A stretch of DNA of 64,000 bases. Origin: Vulcanimicrobiota bacterium. GTDB taxonomy: Bacteria > Vulcanimicrobiota > Vulcanimicrobiia > Vulcanimicrobiales > Vulcanimicrobiaceae. The stretch spans positions 800,001 to 864,000 of the forward strand of contig CAWETW010000003.1 in the NCBI GenBank assembly GCA_963812155.1, in the 5' to 3' direction. Below the pieces are notes generated by a model. It ran no database searches. It was not told the DNA's origin and was given only the letters and a program-made list of their open reading frames with translations. Position numbers and translations under genes: made by a program. Positions 19,575 to 28,897 of the stretch are shown piece by piece (the first letter of the stretch is position 1; the number at the start of each line of letters is the position of its first letter).

Positions 19575-21227
19575 ATGGCTGAACGCGATCAACTCGAAGT
19601 CGACGTGCTGTTCGTGGGCGCCGGCCCGGCGAGCCTCGCCGGAGCGTTACGTCTGGGCCAATTGGCGAAGGCAAGCGGTCGTGAGCTCGAAATTCTCGTC
19701 ATCGAAAAGGGTGGCGAAGTAGGCAATCACGGGATCTCGGGCGCCGTGATGGATCCGCGCGCGCTTGACGAGTTGCTGCCGGATTGGCGCGACGGCGCGC
19801 CGGTCGAATCGCCCGTGACGACCGATGAATTATGGTTTCTTACGCGCGGCGGCCGCATCAAGGCGCCGGTCACGCCGCCACCGCTGCGCAACCACGGCAA
19901 ATACGTTGCGTCGTTGCAAAAAATCACGAAGTGGCTCGGTGAGAAGGCCGAAGAATCCGGCGCGCAAGTTTTTCCCGCGTTTCCCGGACAGGAACTCTTG
20001 TGGGACGGCGACCGCGTCGTAGGCGTGCGCACCGGCGACAAGGGACTCGATCACGACGGCAAACCGAAATCGAACTACGAACCGGGTGCGGATATTCTTG
20101 CGAAAGTCGTCGTGCTCGGCGAAGGCCCGCGCGGTACGCTGGCCAAGCAGGCGATCGCGCGACTTCGGCTCGACGAAGGCCGAGAGCCGCAGGTCTACGC
20201 GGCCGGCGTCAAAGAGTTGTGGCAGCTTCCCGACGACCGTTTCAAAGCGGGCGCGGTCGTACACACGCTCGGCTATCCGTTGCCTCCCGAAACGTTCGGC
20301 GGCGGCTTCATCTACGGCATGGCCGGCAACGTCCTCGATATCGGACACGTCACCGGACTCGACTACAAGAATCCGACGACCGATCCGCACAACGAACTGC
20401 AGCGCATGAAGCAGCATCCGGCGATCGCGAAAATGCTCGAGGGCGCTACGCTCGTCCGTTACGGTGCAAAGGCGATTCCCGAAGGCGGATTATTCGCGAT
20501 GCCGCGGCTCTACGCCGACGGATTGTTGCTCGTCGGAGATTCGGGCGGCTTCCTCAACGGCATGCGCCTCAAGGGCATTCACCTCGGAATGAAGTCGGGA
20601 ATGATGGCCGCCGAGACGATTTGGGATGCGCTGCAAGCCGGCGCATTCGACGCGCAGACGCTCTCGGCGTTCGAGCGGCGTTTCAAGGAATCGTGGGCGT
20701 TCGGGGAGATGCGCTCGTCGCGCAACTTCCACCAGGGCTTCAAAAACGGACTATGGCCGGGGATGATCAACGCCGGCCTTGCCACGTTCACGGGCGGCCG
20801 GGGATTCGGCGTTTCGGACAAGCTTCCGGGCGAGCCCGGTTACGAGGTCATGGTCAAGGCGGGCTATCGTCCCAAGGAAACGCCGCGCGCGCAAATCGAC
20901 AACGTGCTCACGTTCGACAAACTGACCGACGTGTACAACAGCGGTACGATGCACGAAGAGAATCAGCCGAGCCATCTCATCGTTTCGGACACGACGATTT
21001 GCCGCGATCGCTGCACCGTCGAATACGGCAACCCGTGCCAATATTTTTGTCCGGCCGCCGTGTACGAGCCGCTGTTCGAAAAGAACGACGGCACGGTCGA
21101 GGGACGTTTGCAGATCAACTTTACGAACTGCGTGCACTGTAAGACCTGCGATATCATCGATCCGTATCAAATCATCACGTGGGTGCCGCCGCAGGGCGGT
21201 GAGGGTCCCGTCTACACCGGAATGTGA
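19575..21227 (+). CDS. Electron-transfer flavoprotein:quinone oxidoreductase (FixC/FixX-like fusion)
   Basis: Motifs VGAGPA, SGA, YGAKAIPEGG, KGIHLGMKSG, C-terminal CPAAVYE...NCVHCKTCDI.DP. Confidence 0.92.
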   Translation: MAERDQLEVDVLFVGAGPASLAGALRLGQLAKASGRELEILVIEKGGEVGNHGISGAVMDPRALDELLPDWRDGAPVESPVTTDELWFLTRGGRIKAPVTPPPLRNHGKYVASLQKITKWLGEKAEESGAQVFPAFPGQELLWDGDRVVGVRTGDKGLDHDGKPKSNYEPGADILAKVVVLGEGPRGTLAKQAIARLRLDEGREPQVYAAGVKELWQLPDDRFKAGAVVHTLGYPLPPETFGGGFIYGMAGNVLDIGHVTGLDYKNPTTDPHNELQRMKQHPAIAKMLEGATLVRYGAKAIPEGGLFAMPRLYADGLLLVGDSGGFLNGMRLKGIHLGMKSGMMAAETIWDALQAGAFDAQTLSAFERRFKESWAFGEMRSSRNFHQGFKNGLWPGMINAGLATFTGGRGFGVSDKLPGEPGYEVMVKAGYRPKETPRAQIDNVLTFDKLTDVYNSGTMHEENQPSHLIVSDTTICRDRCTVEYGNPCQYFCPAAVYEPLFEKNDGTVEGRLQINFTNCVHCKTCDIIDPYQIITWVPPQGGEGPVYTGM

Positions 21228-22384
21228 TTCGTAATTCTTTGCTGCCCGACGTCGCGATTGCCGGCGCCGGCCTCATCGGCCTGTCGATTGCGTTCGAACT
21301 GGCGGAACGCGGCGCGGTCGTGCGCGTCTACGATCGCGCCGCACCGGCCCGCGCCGCATCCTGGGCCGGGGCCGGGATGCTCGCTCCGTACACGGAGAGC
21401 GCCCGCGACGAAACGCTGCTCGGCCTTTGCGCGGCGTCGTTGCGCGAATATCCGTCGTTCGTCGAACGCGTGCGTGCGGCGAGCGGCGTCGACCCGCACC
21501 TGCGCCTCGACGGCATCGTGCACGCCGCGTTCGGCGCCGAACAAGCCGCTGCGTTGGAGCGCCGCGCTGCCGAACTTCGCGCACGGGGCGTCGCGTGCGA
21601 GCGGCTCGACCGAACGCAGACGCTCTCGCGAGAACCGTGGCTCGGCGGGCACGTTTCCGGCGCGTTGCTCGTGAGCGGCGAAGGACACGTCGACAACCGC
21701 CGGCTCGGCCGTGCGCTGATCGCCGCCTGCCGCGAACGCGGAGTGGCCGTCGATACAGTCGGTACGGTCGCAGTCGAGTGCGACGCGCGGCGCGTGCTCG
21801 GCATGCGTACCGACGTCGGCTTCACGCCGGCGGGCGCGGTCGTCAACGCGGCGGGCGCCTGGGCCGGGCAACTGCACGGTCTGCCCGCGGAGGTGTTGCC
21901 GGCCATCGAACCGCGCAAAGGCCAAATGCTCGCGCTGCAGGTGCCGGCGCGCTTCGTGCGGAGCGCAACGTGGCTGCCGGGAGCCTACGTCGTGCCGCGC
22001 GAGGACGGACGCCTGCTCGTGGGTGCCACCGACGAGCGTGCCGGATTCGACGAACGCGTGACCGCGGCGGGAATGCGGACGATCCTCGATGCGGCGTTGA
22101 ATGCCGCACCTGCGCTGGCGGGCTTTAGCATCGTCGAAACGTGGGCGGGATTGCGTCCGGGAACTGCCGACGGACGCCCGTTTATCGGCGCTACGGCGCT
22201 TGCGGGACTCTTCGTTGCGGCCGGCCACTATCGTAACGGGATTTTGCTCGCACCGGCGACCGCCCGTTTGGTGTGCGACGCCGTCGGCGGGCTCGAGGAC
22301 TGCCAACTCGATGCGTTTTCGCTCGGTCGCGGAAAGGGCACGCCGCGCGACGTGGAATCGGCGCTGCCTAGCGCGAAGGCGTAA
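21224..22384 (+). CDS. thiO: Glycine oxidase
   Basis: Motifs GAGLIG, ASWAGAGML.P, P.KGQ, WAGLRP, GHYRNGILLAP; next to thiS/thiG. Confidence 0.9.
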   Translation: MIRNSLLPDVAIAGAGLIGLSIAFELAERGAVVRVYDRAAPARAASWAGAGMLAPYTESARDETLLGLCAASLREYPSFVERVRAASGVDPHLRLDGIVHAAFGAEQAAALERRAAELRARGVACERLDRTQTLSREPWLGGHVSGALLVSGEGHVDNRRLGRALIAACRERGVAVDTVGTVAVECDARRVLGMRTDVGFTPAGAVVNAAGAWAGQLHGLPAEVLPAIEPRKGQMLALQVPARFVRSATWLPGAYVVPREDGRLLVGATDERAGFDERVTAAGMRTILDAALNAAPALAGFSIVETWAGLRPGTADGRPFIGATALAGLFVAAGHYRNGILLAPATARLVCDAVGGLEDCQLDAFSLGRGKGTPRDVESALPSAKA

Positions 22385-22410
22385 CGCACCACGATGAAGG
22401 CATCCATTCG

Positions 22411-22611
22411 ATGAAAGCGACGATCAACGGCGAAGCGCGCGACCTTCCCGACGGACTGACGGTCGCTATGCTGCTCGAGATGTTGGGTACGGCACGCACC
22501 GGCGTTGCGGTCGCGCACAACGATTGCGTCGTCCGGCGCAGCCAGTACGATGCGGTGCGCATCGGCGACGGCGATCGCGTCGAGATCATCAAGGCGGTCG
22601 CGGGTGGTTAA
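22411..22611 (+). CDS. thiS: Sulfur carrier protein
   Basis: 66 aa, INGE...VAVA.N...DRVEII.AVAGG with C-terminal GG. Confidence 0.93.
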   Translation: MKATINGEARDLPDGLTVAMLLEMLGTARTGVAVAHNDCVVRRSQYDAVRIGDGDRVEIIKAVAGG

Positions 22612-23389
22612 CGCAGGAGATACGCTTCGCATCGGCCGCTACGAGCTCGCGTCGCGTCTGATCGTGGGAACCGGCAAATACCCGTCCATGGAGATCATGC
22701 GCGCCGCGCACGCCGCGAGCGGGGCGCAGATGGTGACGGTCGCCATCCGCCGCATCAATCTCGACGATCCAACCGGCAAGACGATGCTCGACTACATCGA
22801 TCGAGAGCGCTTCCTCATTCTTCCGAACACCGCCGGCTGCTATACGGCCAAGGATGCCGTGCTTACGGCGCGGCTGGCGCGCGAACTGCTGGAAACCGAC
22901 CTGATAAAACTCGAGGTGATCGGCGACGCACAGACGCTGCATCCGGACGCACGCGAAACCCTGGCTGCTGCGGAAGAGCTGGTAGCCGACGGATTCACCG
23001 TGCTGCCCTACGTCGGCGACGATCCGATTGCGTGCAAGCAGCTCGAAGCGCTGGGTTGCGCGGCGGTGATGCCATTGGCGGCGCCCATTGGCAGCGGTCT
23101 GGGCATTTGCAACCGCTATTCGATCGCTATCATCAAAGAGCGCGCGACCGTCCCGGTGATCGTCGATGCCGGCGTCGGCATCGCATCGGACGCCGCGATT
23201 GCCATGGAGCTCGGCGTGGACGGCCTTTTGATGAATACGGGCATCGCCGCGGCGCGCGATCCGGTGCTGATGGCCGAAGCGATGAAGTTCGCGGTGCTCG
23301 CCGGACGCCGGGCGTATCTGGCGGGACGGATGCAGAAGCGGCTCTATGCGAACGCATCGAGCCCGGTAGAAGATCTGATCGGCTCGTGA
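22604..23389 (+). CDS. thiG: Thiazole synthase
   Basis: Motifs [44 protein letters not shown] 22604. Confidence 0.95.
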   Translation: MVNAGDTLRIGRYELASRLIVGTGKYPSMEIMRAAHAASGAQMVTVAIRRINLDDPTGKTMLDYIDRERFLILPNTAGCYTAKDAVLTARLARELLETDLIKLEVIGDAQTLHPDARETLAAAEELVADGFTVLPYVGDDPIACKQLEALGCAAVMPLAAPIGSGLGICNRYSIAIIKERATVPVIVDAGVGIASDAAIAMELGVDGLLMNTGIAAARDPVLMAEAMKFAVLAGRRAYLAGRMQKRLYANASSPVEDLIGS

Positions 23390-23712
23390 CCGGCTTTGGC
23401 ACGCTGACGCCGGAGGAGTTGCGCGCGTGGCGTGACGAGGGCCGCGAGTATGCGCTTCTCGACGTGCGAACTCCCGGCGAGTGCGAGCTCGCCGCCCTGC
23501 ATCCATCCATCAGAATTCCGATGAACGAAATTCCGGAGCGCCTTGGCGAGATTCCCGACCAGATGCCGGTCGTCGTGCTCTGCCACTTAGGCGAACGCAG
23601 CGCTCACGTTGCCGCCTTCCTCGCCGCCAATGGTTTTCCGGACGTCTACAATCTTGGTGGCGGGATCGACGCGTACGCGAGCCGCGTCGATCGCAGCATC
23701 GCCCGCTACTAG
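23386..23712 (+). CDS. Rhodanese-like sulfurtransferase
   Basis: Motifs LLDVR.P.E, CHLGERS, NL.GGIDA; GTG overlaps the thiG stop. Confidence 0.88.
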   Translation: MTGFGTLTPEELRAWRDEGREYALLDVRTPGECELAALHPSIRIPMNEIPERLGEIPDQMPVVVLCHLGERSAHVAAFLAANGFPDVYNLGGGIDAYASRVDRSIARY

Positions 23713-23716
23713 CACG

Positions 23717-24313
23717 CTACAGGCGGCGGGCGATGACGAACCAATGCACGGCATCGGCGAGCGCGCGCCGGCGATGGGCCCACGATCCGGCAACCGAGTC
23801 GACGCCGTTTTGATCGAGCGCCTCGACGTCGTAGCGGGGCTGTAGCAGCGACTCGAGTTCGGTCCGCGTGAAGTACGAGTGAGCGACGCCGCGCTCGTCG
23901 CCGTCGAGCGGGGCGAAGGTCGCGGCTGCGATCCGGCGTCCGGTTCCAAAGCGGGCGTCTCGAACCGAACCGAACGTGGCGTGGAGCAGACCATCGGGCG
24001 CCAGCCGGTCGCCGATTCGCGAGATTCGCGCGGTAATCGCCGCGACCGTTCCGTGGAGCAGACCGTGCGTGCTGACGGCTGCCGCGAACGTGCCGATGGC
24101 CGGCGATAACGCTTCGGCGGAATCGGCATCGGCATCGGAAATTTCGACGACGTCGAATCCTGCCGCGCGCAACGCGGCGGCGTTGCGGCCGCTTCCGCTG
24201 CAAAAATCGAGGACGCGCGTAGCGGGGTGCGCGCGCAGCCGTTCGGCGAGCAGCGATGCCAGCGGATGCGGCGGTGCAATGGGGCGAGGGTCGAGCGGCG
24301 AAGAGGGCGTCAT
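23717..24313 (-). CDS. Class I SAM-dependent methyltransferase-like protein
   Basis: VLDFCSGSGRN motif I and LAPDG motif; start uncertain. Confidence 0.65.
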   Translation of the reverse strand: MTPSSPLDPRPIAPPHPLASLLAERLRAHPATRVLDFCSGSGRNAAALRAAGFDVVEISDADADSAEALSPAIGTFAAAVSTHGLLHGTVAAITARISRIGDRLAPDGLLHATFGSVRDARFGTGRRIAAATFAPLDGDERGVAHSYFTRTELESLLQPRYDVEALDQNGVDSVAGSWAHRRRALADAVHWFVIARRL

Positions 24314-26216
24314 GGGGTCCGAGACGCTCATTATCGTCGTCGGTGGCGACTACCTCGCGTACGAAATTTGCAAGGAGATCCTCAAAACGGCGGGTCACGC
24401 CGTCGTGCTCGTTTGGAAGCACGCCGACGAGCGCGCCGCGCGACTCTTGAATCAAGAGGCCGGCGTGCTCGCACAGCAGTTCGGGCCGGCCTTCACGTTC
24501 CTCAACGACGATCCGGTCGATCCGGCGGCGTTGCAGCGGGCCGGGCTCCATCCATCGAGCGAAAGCGGCACGAAAAACTATTGTCTCGTCGCCGTCTCGC
24601 AAGACGACCGGCTCAATCTCCGCGTCGCGTTGCTCGCGCGCGATATCAACGAACACGTCCGGATTACGCTGCGACAGTTCAATCCGGTCCTCGGCCACAA
24701 AATCCAAGAAGGATTGCGCTACAACTGCACCGCGATTTCGCCGGCCGCGCACGCGGCGGCGACGTATGCGGCGTCGGCGGTCGATCCGTCGTGTTTCTAC
24801 GCACTGCGCTTTCCTACGCTCGAAACGGCGGACGAACGCATCGCTCGCCGGCGCTCGTCGTCGGAGTCGGAGACGGGAGAAGATTCTCCGCTCTTCGGAT
24901 TTTCCGAACGCAGCGCGGAATTTTTCGGCATCGCCGGCCTCAGCGTCGAGGAGGCCGAGCGCCGGCGCGGAGTGCGCATCGTTTCGGTCAACGGGCGGCC
25001 GCCGTATCTCTGTACCGGAAGCGAATCGCAATCCGACGGCCCGGCGGCCGGCGACGCGTTGTCGGAGGACGACCGCGTCGTCGCGTTCGGACCGGTCTCT
25101 TCGTTGCGCGATGCCGTTACCGGCGAGCCGGTGTTGCGCGCCAGCCGCTGGGAGGGCGTCAACGCGCAGTGGCGCGACGCCTGGTCGAGCGTTCGCCGAA
25201 CGGAACCGGTTCTTCGCACGGCGGCGCTGATCGGGGCGATCGCCTACGTCCTTTTCGTCGCGTTCTTCGCAACGGTGACGCACTGGAATATCGCCTCGGC
25301 CATGTACTACGTCGTGACGACCATGGAAGGATCGCCCAACACGCTGCTGTGCGCCGACTGCGGGGGCGCGCCGGCGCTGACGCCGTGGCAACTGTGGGAG
25401 ATGATCGGCGAGGTGGTCGCCACGCTGGTCGGAATCGTGCTGGTGGCGATCTTCACGGCGTCGCTGACGTCGGGGTTATACGCGGCGGCGATCCGGCGCA
25501 CGCAAGGACTTCGGCGCATTCATCGCACCGGGCACGTCATCGTCTGCGGGGCGGGAAACGTCGGAAGCCTCGTCATCGATTACCTGCGGCAACTGGGCGA
25601 ACGCGTCGTCGTCGTGGAGAAGGCGCCGGATAGCCTGCTCGTGGAGCTGGCTCGCGATCGGAAGATCGATCTGCTGACCGGCGACGCTACCAACGACGAG
25701 ACGATCGCCTTTTGTTCGCCCGAACGCGCCAAGAGTCTCGTCGGAGTCACCAACAGCGACACGGCAAACCTTGAAACGGCGCTCGGAGCGCGCTCGTACG
25801 CGCGGGCGAACTCGCAGGTGCCGCTGCACGTCGTGCTGCGAATCGACGACTTGCGCTTCGGCCAATCGATCAAACGGCACTTCGGCATCTCGTCGTTTTC
25901 CACGACGGAACTCACCGCCGCGACGATCGCCGGACTGGCGCGCTTCGAGAGCACCCGCGGGCGCTTCGATTTGTACGCCGATACGGGACAATCGCAATCG
26001 TTCCAACTCGCCGAACGCGTGCAGGGTCCCGAGAACGCGCCGCCTCCCGCTCCGCCGGAGCGGCCGGGGTATCGCGTGCGCTGGATCCCGCTGTACGTGT
26101 GGCGCGAGAGCGCGGCCGGCAGGGGAGAAGCAATACCGATACACAACTTCGAGGGCGAGGTCCGCAGCGGCGACCGGCTACTGTTTATGGTGCCGCTGGA
26201 TCAGTTTTCGCACTAA
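24312..26216 (+). CDS. TrkA/RCK NAD-binding-domain protein with a two-TM channel-like segment
   Basis: N-terminal RCK (IVVGG...DDRLNL..AL.AR), TM-pore-TM segment, second RCK (HVIVCGAGNVG..GDAT..NLETAL). Confidence 0.8.
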   Translation: MGSETLIIVVGGDYLAYEICKEILKTAGHAVVLVWKHADERAARLLNQEAGVLAQQFGPAFTFLNDDPVDPAALQRAGLHPSSESGTKNYCLVAVSQDDRLNLRVALLARDINEHVRITLRQFNPVLGHKIQEGLRYNCTAISPAAHAAATYAASAVDPSCFYALRFPTLETADERIARRRSSSESETGEDSPLFGFSERSAEFFGIAGLSVEEAERRRGVRIVSVNGRPPYLCTGSESQSDGPAAGDALSEDDRVVAFGPVSSLRDAVTGEPVLRASRWEGVNAQWRDAWSSVRRTEPVLRTAALIGAIAYVLFVAFFATVTHWNIASAMYYVVTTMEGSPNTLLCADCGGAPALTPWQLWEMIGEVVATLVGIVLVAIFTASLTSGLYAAAIRRTQGLRRIHRTGHVIVCGAGNVGSLVIDYLRQLGERVVVVEKAPDSLLVELARDRKIDLLTGDATNDETIAFCSPERAKSLVGVTNSDTANLETALGARSYARANSQVPLHVVLRIDDLRFGQSIKRHFGISSFSTTELTAATIAGLARFESTRGRFDLYADTGQSQSFQLAERVQGPENAPPPAPPERPGYRVRWIPLYVWRESAAGRGEAIPIHNFEGEVRSGDRLLFMVPLDQFSH

Positions 26217-26238
26217 CAGCAATCGCGGAGGATGTAGA

Positions 26239-26691
26239 GTGCTCGGTGTAGGCGACCGGCTGCCGGAAATCCGGCTGCGCGACGACGTGGGGAACGACGT
26301 TTCGACCAGCGATCTGCTCGGCGGCCCCCTCGTACTGTATTTTTATCCGAAAGACGACACCCCGGGCTGCACCAGCGAAGCATCGCAGTTCCGCGACCTC
26401 TATCCGCAGTTTCAGAAGAAGCAGGCGCGGATCGTCGGCGTCAGCCGGGACAACCCCGAATCGCACCGCAAGTTCAAACAGAAGTATTCGATTCCGTTCA
26501 TGCTGCTGGCCGATACCGATTCGAAACTGTGCGACGCGTTCGGTGTGATCGTCGAAAAGACGATGTACGGGAAGAAGCAGAAGGGGATCGCGCGCTCGAC
26601 GTTCCTGATCGACGACTCGGGCAAGATCGTCAAGGTCTGGCCGAAGGTCAACGTCGACGAACACGCCGACGAGGTGCTTTCATCGCTCTAA
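26239..26691 (+). CDS. bcp: Peroxiredoxin, BCP type
   Basis: Motifs LYFYPKDDTPGCT.EA and RSTFLID; GTG 26239 after GGAGG. Confidence 0.92.
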   Translation: MLGVGDRLPEIRLRDDVGNDVSTSDLLGGPLVLYFYPKDDTPGCTSEASQFRDLYPQFQKKQARIVGVSRDNPESHRKFKQKYSIPFMLLADTDSKLCDAFGVIVEKTMYGKKQKGIARSTFLIDDSGKIVKVWPKVNVDEHADEVLSSL

Positions 26692-26698
26692 CGGCGCA

Positions 26699-27467
26699 AT
26701 CGCGTCTGCGGGTCGTCGCCATCGGGTCGAGCGCGTCGGTGCAGCGCCCGGGCCGTGCCTGCAGCGCCTATCTCGTGCAGACGCCGTCCACATCGGTGCT
26801 GTTCGACGCCGGCAGCGGCGCCATCGGCAACCTTCAGTTGGCGATCGAGTATCACGCCCTCGACGGGCTCGTCGTCTCGCACATGCACGCCGACCATTTC
26901 CTCGACCTCGTACCGCTGCGGTACGGGCTCACGTACGGTCCGCTACGACGCGCAAGCCGGATGCCGGTGTGGCTGCCTCCCGGCGGAATCCGGAAACTGC
27001 AACCGATCGCGGCGGCGTTCGACGGCGAGGGGGTCGAGTTTTTCGAGAGCGTTTTCGACGTCGCCGAATACGAGCCGGATGCACTCCTACGCATCGGCGA
27101 TCTCGCCGTGTCGTTTGCGCCGGCGCTCCATTACGTCGAGGCGTATGCGATTCGTGTCGAAGCCGGCGGTGCGTCGTTCGCATATTCGGGCGACACCGCG
27201 CCGTGCGACGCGGTGGTCGAACACGCGCGCGATGCGTCCTTGTTTCTGTGCGAGGCGACGTTGGCGCTCGGCTCCGAACCCGAACCGCGCGGCCATTGCT
27301 CGGCGCGTGAAGCCGGTGACATGGCGCGACGCGCCAACGCGCGTTCGCTTGCGCTAACGCACTACCACGCGGATGCCGACGCCGCCGCACTCGTCGAAGC
27401 GGCACGCGCCGAGTTTGCCGGCGACGTGGTTGCCGTCGACGACGGTATGGAGTTTATCCTCGCGTAA
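26699..27467 (+). CDS. MBL-fold metallo-hydrolase (RNase Z/YhfI-like)
   Basis: Motifs SHMHADH, YSGDT, CEAT, GH, LTH. The start appears as ATcG at 26699; deleting one C gives MRLRVV. Confidence 0.85.
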
Positions 27468-27512
27468 GGGTTTAATCGCGTAAAGCAACAACGTCGAGTC
27501 GTTGCCAAGAAG

Positions 27513-27541
27513 CGAGCCGCCCGCGGTTTGCGAGCGGCTCG
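27513..27541. terminator. GC-rich hairpin between convergent genes (possible terminator)
   Basis: cgagccgc...gcggctcg 8-bp stem; no clear U-tract. Confidence 0.35.
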
Positions 27542-27645
27542 ACGTAGTGCTATGCGCGGGGCTTATCGCCTTACGAGTGTCTCGAGGGTAGGAGATTCGA
27601 CGTAACAACGTCTTAGTGTTAATCCGCTCCGCCGGAGGAACTGAC

Positions 27646-28564
27646 CTAGAACGATACGTGCGGCGGCTTACATATGCCAGCGCTGACTGGGCATGTCGCC
27701 AGGCTATAGGGGCCACTACCGGTCGCAAACGGCGACCCAGATGTCGGTGTCAGCACGCCGCTGCTTGGGTCGACGCTGTACGCGGAAATATTGTTGGAGC
27801 CTTGGTTGGTTACATAGACGAACTTGCCCCCACGAGTGACTGTCACCCCGACGGGATTGGTGCCCGCAGCAAACGGCGACCCGGATGTCTGCGTCAGCGC
27901 GCCGCTGGTAACATCGATGGTATACGCATACACGCTGCCAGGGCTATTATCGGTCACGTAGAGAAATTTGCCCCCCGGAGCGACTGCCACGTTATCGGGA
28001 TTGCCGCCCGCTGCAAACGGCGATCCAGATATCTCCGTCGGCTTACCGGTGCTTTGATTGATGTGAAAGGCCGACACGGTAGGACCGTTCCAGTCGGTCA
28101 CATAGAGGAACTTACCGTTAGGATCGACTGCCACCCCGGTCGGCCTGTTGCCCGCCGCAAAGGGCGAGCCGGCTATCGGCGTTAGCGCGCCGCTGGACTG
28201 GTTTATTGTGTAGGCGGATAGTCCTTGACCGAAGTTTGCAACGTAAACAAACTTGCCCTTAGGATCGACTGTAACGCTTAAGGGGTGCCGCTACCCGTCG
28301 CAAACGGCGAACCGGATACTTGCGTTAGCCCACGTTGGTCGCATTGATCGCGTATGGCAGAGACGGTGCCGTCACTGGTTGGTCACGGACGCACCTGCCG
28401 GAGGGATTCGATTGGGACGTGCCGGAACAACCGGCGAGAATAACGAGGGTTGAGGCGACAACCGCTGCACCTATTCGAGAGTGCATATTTTTTCCGCTTA
28501 AGCGCAACGACGCCAAGCCACGTACGGGTCCAGTTGGGACCACACGATACGCGAACTGTTTCAT
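27646..28564 (-). pseudogene. Lactonase (6-phosphogluconolactonase-like) beta-propeller lipoprotein, frameshifted (real decay or sequence error)
   Basis: Lipobox LAGC, then about 5 repeats of S.Y.I...SG.LT..SGSPF.AG..P..V.V.P.GKF.YV spread over 3 frames. Start at 28564 or 28486. Confidence 0.7.
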
Positions 28565-28716
28565 GAGAGCTCCCTTCGGGGCGGAAGACCCGAGGCGTAC
28601 ACGGCCCAGTGTCCCCGCTCACGTATCCCATGATGGGCCTAGCGAACAGTATCCGGGACGGACACTTGGACAACTGACTTGGACAAGTCGTGCTCTCACC
28701 GGCGAGGCGACGGAGG
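28391..28716 (-). repeat. Duplicated promoter/leader/signal-peptide cassette, copy 1
   Basis: Aligns with 29773-30098. The core 28498-28716 vs 29881-30098 differs at about 7 of 219 positions (manual count). Confidence 0.95.
28646..28689 (-). promoter_or_regulatory. Putative sigma70 promoter TTGTCC-N16-TACTGT overlapped by a tandem ACTTGGACAA operator-like repeat
   Basis: acttggacaa at 28664-28673 and 28677-28686; palindrome gacttg-ga-caagtc at 28676-28689. Confidence 0.5.
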
Positions 28717-28897
28717 CGGGGACCCCGACTACGCTCACACTCACAACTGCAGGCACTCCTCGAATACGCGTGCTCGGGTCAAGGTGCTCCCTTCTTGAAC
28801 CGCGGCGTGACTGCGGGTTGAGCTGCGATTTCAGCGGCGTTTGCACGTGAGTACTTGCCGCGCAATTTCCGAGCGCTAAAGGGCGACAAGGTAAGAA

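Noticed and set aside
19430..19575. Searched for a TPP riboswitch upstream of the ETF-QO/thi operon
   Set aside because: No GCUGAGA or AUAAUGC/GGAA aptamer elements were found; only a partial palindromic repeat.
27470..27645. Possible tRNA/att site or IS end at the island boundary
   Set aside because: No cloverleaf or T-loop consensus in a valid context, no terminal inverted repeats, and no direct repeat matching the other boundary were seen.
28565..28645. Resemblance of GAGCGGGGACAC to the c-di-AMP (ydaO) riboswitch GAGCGGGGGACC
   Set aside because: The downstream GGGGUGAAU and CCGUCAGCUAAC elements are absent.
28601..28667. Nested pseudoknot (GGCCCA/UGGGCC + GUGUCC/GGACAC) suggesting an HDV-like ribozyme
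   Set aside because: No GG after P1 for P1.1, P3 is not contiguous with P2, and there is no proper P4/J4-2 on either strand. Kept only as an unnamed structured-RNA candidate.
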